Positions 7,941 through 16,584 of a stretch of DNA of 32,000 nucleotides are shown piece by piece. Origin of the DNA: Candidatus Saccharimonadota bacterium (GTDB lineage Bacteria > Patescibacteriota > Gracilibacteria > UBA4473); contig JAUIFI010000001.1 in assembly GCA_030429505.1 (NCBI GenBank), positions 270,001-302,000 of the forward strand, given 5' to 3'. A program made the translations under genes and the position numbers. Under the pieces are notes generated by a model, which did not search any database, had not been told where the DNA came from, and was given only the letters and a program-made list of their open reading frames with translations. How positions within the stretch are numbered: the first letter of the stretch is position 1; the number at the start of each line of letters is the position of its first letter.

Positions 7941-8000
7941 ACGAAAAAAGAGACAGAGGAAAAACAGAAAATTTGTCTTTTCTGCATTTCAAAGGGTACA

Positions 8001-9659
8001 ATGAAAAGGATGAAAACAAACATACACAGAAAAATAATAGGCTTACTTGTTATTTTCATGTTAACCGGGTGTGGAGATAATGAAGTTCCAGAAGAGACAA
8101 TATCCCCTGATTCCACATCAGCTACAGAGCAAGTTATGGAAGAAGTTTCAGAAAATACACAAGAAGAAACAAAGCTCAAACCGAAAGTTACTCCCAAACC
8201 AGCCGCTACCAAGTCTGATGTCAGAGAAGTTAATTTTACAGAACTCCAAAAAAGACAAGAACTGTTATATTTCGGACTAGAATCAAGTCCTTTTACCGGA
8301 CAAGCCGTTATTACTTCAGCGGATGGTGTAACCAGACAAAGAGGAATGATCCAAAATGGAGTTCGAGACGGTCAATGGGAATTTTGGGATGATGAAGGAA
8401 ATAAATGGGCTGATGGTGGCTACAAAGATAATAAGCCAGAAGGTCTATGGATGAGGTGGCATACCAATGGACAAAAGGAGTCAGAAGGAAAGTTTCAGCA
8501 AGGTGAGCGAGATGGACTCTGGGAGTTTTGGGATCAATCTGGGCAGAAAATTCGTGAAGCTCAGTACAAAAACGGAGAACGTCATGGCATGACCATAATT
8601 TGGGATGAAACAGGACAGAAGTTAGAGGAGACCGAGTATAAAAACGACAAAAAAGATGGCTTATCGATTCTGTGGTATTCCAACGGACAAAAGAGTGAGG
8701 CATCCAATTATAAAGAAGGCAAGTTAGATGGCTTGTCGACTCGTTGGTATACCAATGGAGAAAAAATGGAAGAAAAAAGATACCGCCAAGGCGTTGTACT
8801 CGGAGTATGGGATCGTTGGTATGCCAATGGACAGAAAATGAATGAAGGAACCTATCAAAATGGAAAAAGAAATGGCTTATGGACAGCTTGGTACGACAAC
8901 ACCCAACAAAAAGAAACCGGAAGTTACACGCAAGAAAAAAGAAATGGACTCTGGATTTTCTGGGACGAAGACGGACAAAAGCTCGCAGAAAAATTCTATG
9001 AGAACGGTGTTCTGAAAGAAAGAGAAGCTTCAAAAACTGTTGTCACGACACCAGTTCAGACCGTGACACAAACGAAAACACAAGAAACTTCTTCCTCCAA
9101 ACACACCGTTGTGTGTTCTGCTATCTACGATCCAGTCTGTGGAGTCAATAATGTCACCTATGCTAACGCTTGTACCGCCCAAAGCCTAGGACGAATGGCC
9201 ATCAAACATAAAGGCGAATGTCGAGTGCAAACCGTTACCAGAACAGTCGTAACAAAACCAGAACCTACTTCCACTCCAGATCCTACCAATCAGCCAGTTC
9301 TTACAGATGGTATGGAGCCATGGCTCAAATGGTATGATAATGGTATCAAGCATGAAGAAGGTTTCTTACTCGAAGGTCGTAAACACGGACAATGGACTAC
9401 GTGGTATGAAAACGGACAAAAACGAAGCGAAGGAAAATACAATCAAGGCGCTGAAGATGATTTCTGGACGGTTTGGTATCGAAACGGAAAGAAAAAATAC
9501 GCCGGAAAATATGTCAATGGAGACCGAGAAGGGCAATGGACCTTCTGGCATGACAACGGACAAAAAATGGAAGAAGGCTCTTACGAGAGGGGAAAACCAG
9601 TCGGAACCTGGTGGTACTGGTTCGAAAACGGACAGAAAAAACGAGAAAAAGAGTTTTAA
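8001..9659 (+). CDS. lipoprotein with MORN-variant (YwqK-like) repeats and an embedded Kazal-like domain
   Basis: I prefer the ATG at 8001 over the track start at 7917, which would overlap the pcrA start. From 8001 the protein begins MKRMKTNIHRKIIGLLVIFMLTGC, a signal peptide with an LTGC lipobox. About 9-10 repeats of the G.W..W..NGQK..EG.Y..G type precede CSAIYDPVCGVNNVTYANAC...GEC, and about 5 follow it. Thr/Pro/Gln-rich linkers flank the Cys domain. Confidence 0.85.
   Translation: MKRMKTNIHRKIIGLLVIFMLTGCGDNEVPEETISPDSTSATEQVMEEVSENTQEETKLKPKVTPKPAATKSDVREVNFTELQKRQELLYFGLESSPFTGQAVITSADGVTRQRGMIQNGVRDGQWEFWDDEGNKWADGGYKDNKPEGLWMRWHTNGQKESEGKFQQGERDGLWEFWDQSGQKIREAQYKNGERHGMTIIWDETGQKLEETEYKNDKKDGLSILWYSNGQKSEASNYKEGKLDGLSTRWYTNGEKMEEKRYRQGVVLGVWDRWYANGQKMNEGTYQNGKRNGLWTAWYDNTQQKETGSYTQEKRNGLWIFWDEDGQKLAEKFYENGVLKEREASKTVVTTPVQTVTQTKTQETSSSKHTVVCSAIYDPVCGVNNVTYANACTAQSLGRMAIKHKGECRVQTVTRTVVTKPEPTSTPDPTNQPVLTDGMEPWLKWYDNGIKHEEGFLLEGRKHGQWTTWYENGQKRSEGKYNQGAEDDFWTVWYRNGKKKYAGKYVNGDREGQWTFWHDNGQKMEEGSYERGKPVGTWWYWFENGQKKREKEF
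8340..9010 (+). repeat. coding tandem array of ~23-aa MORN-variant repeats (approximate bounds); a second block lies at ~9307-9656
   Basis: The recurring protein motifs are GQWEFW, GLWMRW, GLWEFW, GLSILW, GLSTRW, GVWDRW, GLWTAW and GLWIFW, each followed by a ..NGQK..E..Y segment. The long antisense ORF 8311-9033 is a by-product of this periodicity. Confidence 0.7.
9114..9221 (+). other. Kazal-like serine protease inhibitor domain (4-Cys variant) inside the MORN lipoprotein
   Basis: CSAIYDPVCGVNNVTYANACTAQSLGRMAIKHKGEC matches the Kazal spacing C2-x7-C3 and C3-x10-C4, including the PVCG and TY.N.C signatures. C1 and its partner C5 are both absent (C5 position is Gln). Confidence 0.65.
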
Positions 9660-9662
9660 AAT

Positions 9663-10193
9663 CTAATGAGATCGTAAAAACCCTTCCTTTATAAGTTTCT
9701 CCCCTGATTTTTGAGAAATTCCTCGAGATTGTAAATAAAGTATTTTTTCCCGCTCCACCGGAGCTATCGAAGCTCCATGAGAAGCAGAAGACACCCGATC
9801 AGTTTTGACCGTCAAAACTGGTAAAAGTTTTCCCTTCGCCTCATCAAAGAGAATAATACGTTCTTGTACCTTTGCATCAGCATCGATAGATTCTTTTTGT
9901 AAAAGCGCTGTTCCATCAAATCGCAAAAAACTCTTTTCTTCTGCCGTTCCTCTCAAATCAATAGATCCTGTTTGATTTTTTCCAGAAAAAATTTGTTTCA
10001 CATACCAGTTTTTTTGGTCATTCCCAAAAGTCTGAGCTCGTCCGTAAACTTCGCATCTTGCCCCATCACCTTGAAGTTCTATTTCTAGAGTGAAATCACG
10101 GCTTCCTGAATCCCGATCTTCCAACCAAATAACCAGATCTTCATTCTCTTGAACTAAAATCTTTTTCGTACCCGTCGGTTGTACAAGTTTCAT
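9663..10193 (-). CDS. sufD: short SufD-like Fe-S assembly protein (176 aa, C-terminal portion of the SufB/SufD fold only)
   Basis: It lies immediately downstream of sufB. The C-terminus ASHGASIAPVEREKILYLQSRGISQKSGEKLIKEGFL is the conserved SufB/SufD C-terminal motif. It is much shorter than typical SufD. Confidence 0.75.
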   Translation of the reverse strand: MKLVQPTGTKKILVQENEDLVIWLEDRDSGSRDFTLEIELQGDGARCEVYGRAQTFGNDQKNWYVKQIFSGKNQTGSIDLRGTAEEKSFLRFDGTALLQKESIDADAKVQERIILFDEAKGKLLPVLTVKTDRVSSASHGASIAPVEREKILYLQSRGISQKSGEKLIKEGFLRSH

Positions 10194-10199
10194 AAAAAT

Positions 10200-11636
10200 T
10201 TACCCGATAGATCCTTCCATCTCTAATTCAATGAGGCGATTAAGTTCCACCGCATATTCTAGTGGCAAGGTTTTGACGATCTCATCCAAAAACCCATTTA
10301 CAATCATTGCTTTCGCCGATTCTTCATCGATACCTCGCGATTCAAGGTAAAGCAAAATATCGGCAGAAATTTTCCCAGCCTTGGCTTCATGAGTGACAGA
10401 AGCCGTATCATTGACACAATGAATATGAGGAATCGTATCTGAGACTGAATGATCATCCAGCATTAAAGCATCACATTCGACATTAACTATAGCATGATCT
10501 GCTGACTTTTTAATATCTATCAAACCTCTATAAGTGGAGGTACCACCACCTTTTGATAAACTTTTTGAAATGATAGAAGCCCGACAATTTTTTCCCAGAA
10601 TAGTAACCTTCGCCCCTGTATCCTGATTCTGATCCGTATTTGCAAAAGCAACTCCCAAGTGATCTACTCTGGCATAATCTCCGATTAAAATCGAACACGG
10701 ATAAAGCATCGTAACTCCAGATCCCAGATTTCCCCCAATCCATTCCATCTTAGCTCGATCTTTCACGAGAGCACGCTTTGTATTCAAGTTATACGTATCC
10801 TTGGACCAGTTCTCGACAGAGGAATAACGAGCTTGAGCTTGTTGTTCGACAAACACCTCTACACATCCTGCGTGAAGAGACTCTGATCCGTATTTCGGAG
10901 CCGAACAACCTTCGATGTAATGAGCTTTTGCACCTTTTTCAATGACAATCAACGTATGTTCAAACTGCCCCTGATTCATTGAATTCATCCGAAAATACGC
11001 TTGTAAGGGTTGCGTCACCTCCACTTCTTCCGGTACATATAAAAATGTTCCTCCTGAAAAAACTGCATAATGAAGCGCCGAAAACTTGTGGTCAGCAATT
11101 GGTACACATCGTGTAAAATATTTTCGCACAAGTTCTGGATATTTTTGTATTGCAATGTCAAAGTCTTCAAAAATCACTCCTTGATCTTCCCACTCCTTTT
11201 TGAGGTTATGATACACATTTTCTGACTCGTATTGTGCTCCCACTCCAGCCAAAACGGCACGCTCAGCTTCAGGAATTTTTAGTCGTTCAAACGTGGCTTT
11301 TATCTTTGGATCAACTTCATCCCAACTTTTTTGATGAGTTTTATCCGAACCTTTAGAAAAATAACGGATAGTATCAAAATGAAGTTGAGAAATATCCGGA
11401 CCCCAAGCAGGCAAAGATTTTTCATGAAAACTTTTCAATCCCTGAAGTCGAATATCTAAAATCCATGAAGGCTCATTTTTATCCTTTGATATTTGCCGGA
11501 CCAAATCTTCAGACAAACCTTTTTTAAAATGTTTTACATAATCTTGAGGATTTGGTCTGTCTAGGTCAGAACGAGAAATATCTTGAAAAGATACTTTCGT
11601 TTCAAATGTTTCGTCCTGGGAAGTTATTCCACTCAT
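10200..11636 (-). CDS. sufB: Fe-S cluster assembly protein SufB
   Basis: The full-length 478-aa sequence has typical SufB blocks: FSGGTFLYVPEEVEV, HTLIVIEKGAKAHYIEGCSAP, WIGGNLGS and THEAKAGKISADILLYLESRGIDEESAKAMIVNGF. Confidence 0.95.
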   Translation of the reverse strand: MSGITSQDETFETKVSFQDISRSDLDRPNPQDYVKHFKKGLSEDLVRQISKDKNEPSWILDIRLQGLKSFHEKSLPAWGPDISQLHFDTIRYFSKGSDKTHQKSWDEVDPKIKATFERLKIPEAERAVLAGVGAQYESENVYHNLKKEWEDQGVIFEDFDIAIQKYPELVRKYFTRCVPIADHKFSALHYAVFSGGTFLYVPEEVEVTQPLQAYFRMNSMNQGQFEHTLIVIEKGAKAHYIEGCSAPKYGSESLHAGCVEVFVEQQAQARYSSVENWSKDTYNLNTKRALVKDRAKMEWIGGNLGSGVTMLYPCSILIGDYARVDHLGVAFANTDQNQDTGAKVTILGKNCRASIISKSLSKGGGTSTYRGLIDIKKSADHAIVNVECDALMLDDHSVSDTIPHIHCVNDTASVTHEAKAGKISADILLYLESRGIDEESAKAMIVNGFLDEIVKTLPLEYAVELNRLIELEMEGSIG

Positions 11637-11639
11637 GAT

Positions 11640-12404
11640 TTAAGAAGAAAGAACCTTAAGATTTTTTTTCTTGGGTAAAAACTCCTGAAATCCATTTTTA
11701 TGAATATACGAAATCAATGAATGATCATCAGAACGAATGATTTTTCCCTGAACCAAGAGGTGTGCGTGTGTAGGTTTTACCAACTGTAAAAATTTCTGAG
11801 TATGAGAAATCAGTATTACAGACTTCCCATCACGCTGAATAAATTCCTGAATACCTTCATTCAAAGCGTGCATAGAGTCAACATCAATTCCGGAATCAAT
11901 TTCATCTAAAAAAGCACACAAAGGATCCAGTGTCAGGAGCGAAACCATTTCCATTTTTCTTTGTTCTCCACCAGAAGCTCCCACATTATATGATCGTCCC
12001 ATAAACTCATCAGATAAATGCATACCGTGAAGTCGCTCTTTTAAGCTTTTTTGTAAACGAAAACTCGATCGAAAGTCAGGATCTAGTGATTTTTTAGCTG
12101 TCAAAAGCAAATCTTTGGCAGATACACCATCGATCGAAGGAGGGGATTGCCAACTGAGAAAAAACCCTTTTTGAGCTCGTTCATGCGGTTCCAACCCATC
12201 AAAAGATTCTCCATTGAAACGAATATTTCCATCCGTTTTTTGATACGCCTGATCACCTAAAATCACTTTTCCGAGTGTTGATTTCCCGGAACCATTTGGT
12301 CCTAAAATCACATGCATCTCTCCTTTATCTACTTCTAAATTCACGCCTTGTAATATAGGCGTGTCATTCCACTGTGCGTGTACGTTTTCAATACAAAGTA
12401 CCAT
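11640..12404 (-). CDS. sufC: Fe-S cluster assembly ATPase SufC
   Basis: GPNGSGKSTL is the Walker A motif, SGGEQRKMEM the ABC signature and FLDEIDSGIDVD the Walker B motif. I prefer the start at the ATG giving MVLCIENVHAQW (complement of 12402-12404), which matches normal SufC N-termini. The track ORF extends to a TTG at 12458, and an ATG at 12446 is also possible. Confidence 0.92.
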   Translation of the reverse strand: MVLCIENVHAQWNDTPILQGVNLEVDKGEMHVILGPNGSGKSTLGKVILGDQAYQKTDGNIRFNGESFDGLEPHERAQKGFFLSWQSPPSIDGVSAKDLLLTAKKSLDPDFRSSFRLQKSLKERLHGMHLSDEFMGRSYNVGASGGEQRKMEMVSLLTLDPLCAFLDEIDSGIDVDSMHALNEGIQEFIQRDGKSVILISHTQKFLQLVKPTHAHLLVQGKIIRSDDHSLISYIHKNGFQEFLPKKKNLKVLSS

Positions 12405-12491
12405 AAGGCTTGATTTCGACTCCGATCCTACAAAGCTTTGAGACATTTGTAAACACAAACCTCTTTTAAGCTGTGCTTTTATAGTTATTAA

Positions 12492-12520
12492 TTGAAATTA
12501 TTGTTATTTTATGGTATAAT
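12492..12520 (+). promoter_or_regulatory. near-consensus extended -10 promoter of the K+ channel gene, leaderless geometry
   Basis: TTGAAA (12492-12497), a 17-nt spacer, and TG at 12512-12513 followed by G and TATAAT (12515-12520). The ATG at 12529 is 8 nt downstream of the -10. Confidence 0.6.
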
Positions 12521-12528
12521 AAAGAGAT

Positions 12529-13371
12529 ATGAAAGTATTCGAAACTGCTAAATTGAGTTTGACCGATCTACTTGAAACACACCAGTCTAAGTGGAGCCAA
12601 TGGGTAGAAAAAATATTTGTAGGAATCATTCTATTGGCGACGATTTTTTTTATGCTCGAAACCACAGAGCTGTCACAACAATGGATCAATTTTTTTCACG
12701 GTCTCAATATATTTTTCATGATTATTTTTTCTTTAGAATATATACTGAGAGTCTCAATTCAGCGAAACAAGATTCGATATGTTTTTTCGTGGCTCTCTCT
12801 GATTGATTTAGCAGTAATTAGCTCTTTTTATTTATTTTTCATAAATTTATCATTTCTGCGTATTTTTAGAGTTTTTCGGGTACTTTTAGTTCTCAAAGTC
12901 GTCAGTCATTCTCATCTGATGCGTTCGTTCTTCGGCGCTTTTCGCTACTATAAACAAGAAATAAAGATTTTTGTAACTTCTTTTGCTCTTGTATTGATTA
13001 TGAGTTCTTCAGCACTCTATTTCCTAGAACACAACATCAACGAGCACTTTAAATCTATTCCAGATGCTCTCTGGTGGGCAGTTGTCACTGTATCAACTGT
13101 CGGATATGGTGATATGGTACCCATCACTATTCTCGGAAGAATTGTTTCCTCAGTAGTAATGATTATGGGATTGATAACGATAGCCATTCTCACAGCTCTT
13201 ATTACCAAAGTATTTATCGACCATTTCTTCGGAAAAAGAATGCACGAATGTACAGTCTGTCACTTTCCTCGTCATGATTATGATGCCAAATTTTGCAAAA
13301 ACTGTGGAACCCAACTCGACATACAAGAAATAGAAAAAGATTCAAAACAATTCAATCATATACATTATTAG
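12529..13371 (+). CDS. voltage-gated-type (6-TM) potassium channel with C-terminal zinc ribbon
   Basis: The selectivity filter TVGYGD is at 13096-13113. LRIFRVFRVLLVLK is an S4-like helix with Arg at every third position, and six hydrophobic segments are visible. The C-terminal CTVC-x12-CKNC lies at 13249-13305. Confidence 0.9.
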   Translation: MKVFETAKLSLTDLLETHQSKWSQWVEKIFVGIILLATIFFMLETTELSQQWINFFHGLNIFFMIIFSLEYILRVSIQRNKIRYVFSWLSLIDLAVISSFYLFFINLSFLRIFRVFRVLLVLKVVSHSHLMRSFFGAFRYYKQEIKIFVTSFALVLIMSSSALYFLEHNINEHFKSIPDALWWAVVTVSTVGYGDMVPITILGRIVSSVVMIMGLITIAILTALITKVFIDHFFGKRMHECTVCHFPRHDYDAKFCKNCGTQLDIQEIEKDSKQFNHIHY

Positions 13372-14220
13372 TTAGATCCTATTTTCCGCTACTTGAATAG
13401 TATTTTCCATAAGACTCACAACCGTCATTGGTCCTACTCCTCCTGGGACGGGAGTTATCTTTGATGCCTTTTTTGATGCACTTTCAAAATGAACGTCTCC
13501 ACATATTTTTCCATTTTTTAAATGATGAATACCGACATCAATCACGATACACCCTTCTTTGATACTATCCCCATGAAGAAATTCAGGTTTTCCTACTGCT
13601 ACCACCAATATATCTGCTTGTTGAGTATATTTTTCCAGATTGTTGGTATGAGAATGACATACGGTCACCGTTGCATTCTTCTGCAAAAGAAGAGTAGCTA
13701 CTGGTTTTCCCACATTATTTGAACGTCCGATTACAACAGCGTGTTTTCCGGCTATTTCGACACTTTCATGTTCCAGGAGGGTGAGAATGCCTTTTGGAGT
13801 ACAGCACTGTAATGTTGATTTGCCCTGAAAAAGTTCTCCTAGGTTCTGTGCAGATAAACCATCAACATCTTTTTGAGGGTCAATAGATGCAGTAATCTTT
13901 TCACGAGACAAGTGACGAGGAACTGGAAATTGGACAAAAAAACCATGAACAGAATCATCTCCATTCAGCTTTTCAATCGTACGAAAAATTTCTCCTTCCT
14001 CTACATTTTCTGAGAAACGAAGTATCTCTATCTCAATTCCGACCTCCAACGCCGCTTTTTCTTTTTGTCGGACATAACTCTCAGAAGCCGTATCATTCCC
14101 AATCAAAAGAACGACCAGTTTTGGAGTAATCCCTTGTCCAATAAGTTTTTCTACACGAGGAATAAGATCATGTTCTAAAATATTGTGAGCTATAGCTTTT
14201 CCCGACAAAAGTTTATCCAT
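13372..14220 (-). CDS. folD: bifunctional methylenetetrahydrofolate dehydrogenase/cyclohydrolase FolD
   Basis: The typical FolD blocks present are SESYVRQKEKAA, DGL, CTPKGILTLLE, VVIGRSNNVGKPVA, VTVCHSHT and PVPGGVGPMTV. Confidence 0.95.
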   Translation of the reverse strand: MDKLLSGKAIAHNILEHDLIPRVEKLIGQGITPKLVVLLIGNDTASESYVRQKEKAALEVGIEIEILRFSENVEEGEIFRTIEKLNGDDSVHGFFVQFPVPRHLSREKITASIDPQKDVDGLSAQNLGELFQGKSTLQCCTPKGILTLLEHESVEIAGKHAVVIGRSNNVGKPVATLLLQKNATVTVCHSHTNNLEKYTQQADILVVAVGKPEFLHGDSIKEGCIVIDVGIHHLKNGKICGDVHFESASKKASKITPVPGGVGPMTVVSLMENTIQVAENRI

Positions 14221-14477
14221 AAGTCTCTAAAAGTAAGTACATTGTAGTGAAAAATAAAGAAAGAAACGAATGGTTGTAATTGACAATGGGATTGATTTTG
14301 TTTTTAATAACAATATGGGCTTAGGAAGAAATTCTCAGAGTTTACGAGAAGACATTATCATTGACTTTTGCGTAGCGGCACTAAAAAATGGACCTGCAAG
14401 CTATGAATTAGCAATACAAATCAGCAGAAGCATATTTGAAATCACGGAAGGAAACACTCCGTACGAAGATTCGCAAA

Positions 14478-15149
14478 CTAATTCTTCTTCACCTGAAGCT
14501 TCTCCAACACCAGATTCTCAATCTCCTGAGCAATATCCTCACGACGACGCAACTCACCAAACCGATCAACAGTAATTTTCACCCACCGAAAATTCGTCTC
14601 ACAGAGGTTAACAGCCGCTTCTCTGACTTTTTTAAGGTATGCTTCATTTGATTCGTGGAGATCTGCCAAACGATTTTTGGCTTGATGGATTTTTTTTCGT
14701 GCTTCAAAGCTCGCATCCAAAAAAATCACCAAACTCGCCTCCGGAAAACCAAAGACCTTATATTCCAAGGTTTCTATATCCTTGATTAGTTTTTGTCCTT
14801 CACTTTTTTTCTCCGCTCGAGCTGCAGTGTAAATAATATTTGAAGACACCCCTCGGTCGAAAATAACAACATCATTATCCTCTCGTAATTGTTCTACTTC
14901 CTCCAGCTGACAAATCCGGTCAGCTGCATAAAGGCTGGCAATCATCAACGGATCAATATCCTCCATATTACCAATCTCCCCACGCAAATAAGCCGCAATA
15001 CGAGCTCCGGCTGGATTGTGTTTATACCCTGGAAATCGTTTCCATCCCACCGAAATATTCTTTTGTTTCAAGCTTTGTACTAAAAGTTCTGTTTGCGTAG
15101 ATTTTCCACAAGCATCTAAACCTTCGAGGACAATGACAGGAGCTTTCAT
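14478..15149 (-). CDS. tmk: thymidylate kinase
   Basis: The N-terminal P-loop is VLEGLDACGKSTQ. DR in YAADRI and a FDRGVSS block are also present. The length is typical. Confidence 0.9.
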   Translation of the reverse strand: MKAPVIVLEGLDACGKSTQTELLVQSLKQKNISVGWKRFPGYKHNPAGARIAAYLRGEIGNMEDIDPLMIASLYAADRICQLEEVEQLREDNDVVIFDRGVSSNIIYTAARAEKKSEGQKLIKDIETLEYKVFGFPEASLVIFLDASFEARKKIHQAKNRLADLHESNEAYLKKVREAAVNLCETNFRWVKITVDRFGELRRREDIAQEIENLVLEKLQVKKN

Positions 15150-15163
15150 GTGTTATAAAATAA

Positions 15164-16567
15164 TCAGAATTTTCGAATTTGCAGTGATGGTACAGACTGT
15201 TTTTCTACCAAGACATCAGAAATCAGAACAAAAGAGGTGCCTTTATATTTTGGAAAGTTTTTCAGCAAAAGTTTTTTTACTAATTGAACAGTTTTTTCTG
15301 GATCACGAGAAAATTTTCCCACAAAACCAGTAACTCCCCACAAAATTTGCATTTGTTGGCATATGCTAGGATTATCTGTCAAAGCATAAATCGGTACTGA
15401 TGGACGAAAGCTCGACATAAAACGAGCCATGCTACCATGTTTTGTAATCACGACAATACTGGAAATATGAGGCAAATCTGCTGCCGCTCGAGCCGCACTC
15501 GAACAAAATTCTCCGCGCTCCGTATCTACTTTAGGCATACGAACATTACATTGATCCAGACAATGATTTTCAGTTTCAGTAACAATTGAGGTCATAGCTT
15601 GCACAGACTTAATAGGATATTTTCCTACACTCGTCTCAGCTGAAAGCATCACACAATCGTTCCGCTGCAATGCAGAAGTAAATATATCAGTCACTTCTGC
15701 TCGTGTCGGCATTGGCTCTTCGATCATAGATTCAAGCATATGAGTAGCAACAATTACTGGCTTTTTATACTGAGCTCCTTTTTGGGCTATTTCCCATTGT
15801 ACAATTGGTACTTGTTGAAATGGAATTTCTACCCCCAAATCTCCTCGTGCAACCATCACTCCATCTGCAGCTTCAAAAATTTCGTCAATATTGCGAGTTG
15901 CGGTCAAGGTTTCCACTTTAGCAATAATTTTGATAGGAGACTTATGCTTACTCAAAAAAGCCCGTACTTCCTCAATGTCTTTCGCATTTCGAACAAAAGA
16001 AAGGGCAAAGAAATCAACCCGATGCTTTATCCCAAAGGCTAAATCTTTCCAATCTTGCTCTGTGATAGAAGGGAGAGACACGTCTTTTCCGGGAATATTT
16101 ATATGTCGACGCGAAGTCAATTCTCCTCCATCAATAATTCGACAAATAACATCAGTTTTTGTTTTTTTCTGAACCTTTAAGGTCATAGTTCCATTATCGA
16201 GTAAGATTATCTCTCCTACACCGACGTCTTTCGTTAACCCCTTATAATTCACTGACAGCTTACCAGTTTGTTCAAAATCCACTAAATTTGTAGTCAGAGT
16301 CAAAAGATCTCCCTTCTTCAATTCAAAAGCTTTTGTAAGAGTAGCGGTTCGTATCTCAGGACCTTTCGTATCAAGCATTACAGCGTAATGTTTCTTTGTA
16401 TCTTTATTAAGTTTTTGAATATTTTTTATAACTGCAAGGTGCTGGTCGTATGTTCCATGAGAAAAATTAAGTCGAAAGATATTGACCCCCGCCTCTCCCA
16501 GTTTTTTCAACATATCATAACTATCAGTTTCGGGACCAATAGTGGCTACGATCTTTGTACGTTTCAT
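15164..16567 (-). CDS. pyk: pyruvate kinase
   Basis: The sequence has MKRTKIVATIGP, FRLNFSHG, MLDTKGPEIR, ARGDLGVEIP and MLESM. It ends on TGA (complement of 15164-15166) at the normal length. Confidence 0.95.
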   Translation of the reverse strand: MKRTKIVATIGPETDSYDMLKKLGEAGVNIFRLNFSHGTYDQHLAVIKNIQKLNKDTKKHYAVMLDTKGPEIRTATLTKAFELKKGDLLTLTTNLVDFEQTGKLSVNYKGLTKDVGVGEIILLDNGTMTLKVQKKTKTDVICRIIDGGELTSRRHINIPGKDVSLPSITEQDWKDLAFGIKHRVDFFALSFVRNAKDIEEVRAFLSKHKSPIKIIAKVETLTATRNIDEIFEAADGVMVARGDLGVEIPFQQVPIVQWEIAQKGAQYKKPVIVATHMLESMIEEPMPTRAEVTDIFTSALQRNDCVMLSAETSVGKYPIKSVQAMTSIVTETENHCLDQCNVRMPKVDTERGEFCSSAARAAADLPHISSIVVITKHGSMARFMSSFRPSVPIYALTDNPSICQQMQILWGVTGFVGKFSRDPEKTVQLVKKLLLKNFPKYKGTSFVLISDVLVEKQSVPSLQIRKF

Positions 16568-16584
16568 TCAGAGAAAATGGTACC

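Noticed and set aside
7917-8000. The track start codon at 7917 for the MORN lipoprotein.
   Set aside because: It would overlap the divergent pcrA start and add 28 residues in front of a textbook lipoprotein signal peptide that begins at the ATG at 8001.
8311-9033. A 240-aa minus-strand ORF, and the idea that the periodic sequence here is a CRISPR or non-coding repeat array.
   Set aside because: The periodicity is the ~69-nt coding repeat of MORN-variant units on the + strand. The units are degenerate and contiguous, without unique spacers. The antisense ORF is a by-product of the repeat composition.
14270-14575. A 101-aa + strand ORF as a real gene.
   Set aside because: Its last ~100 nt overlap the tmk 3' end in antisense and encode low-complexity S/P/T/Q sequence. 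It has no SD or recognisable motif. I kept it only as a low-interest note on the unusual gap.
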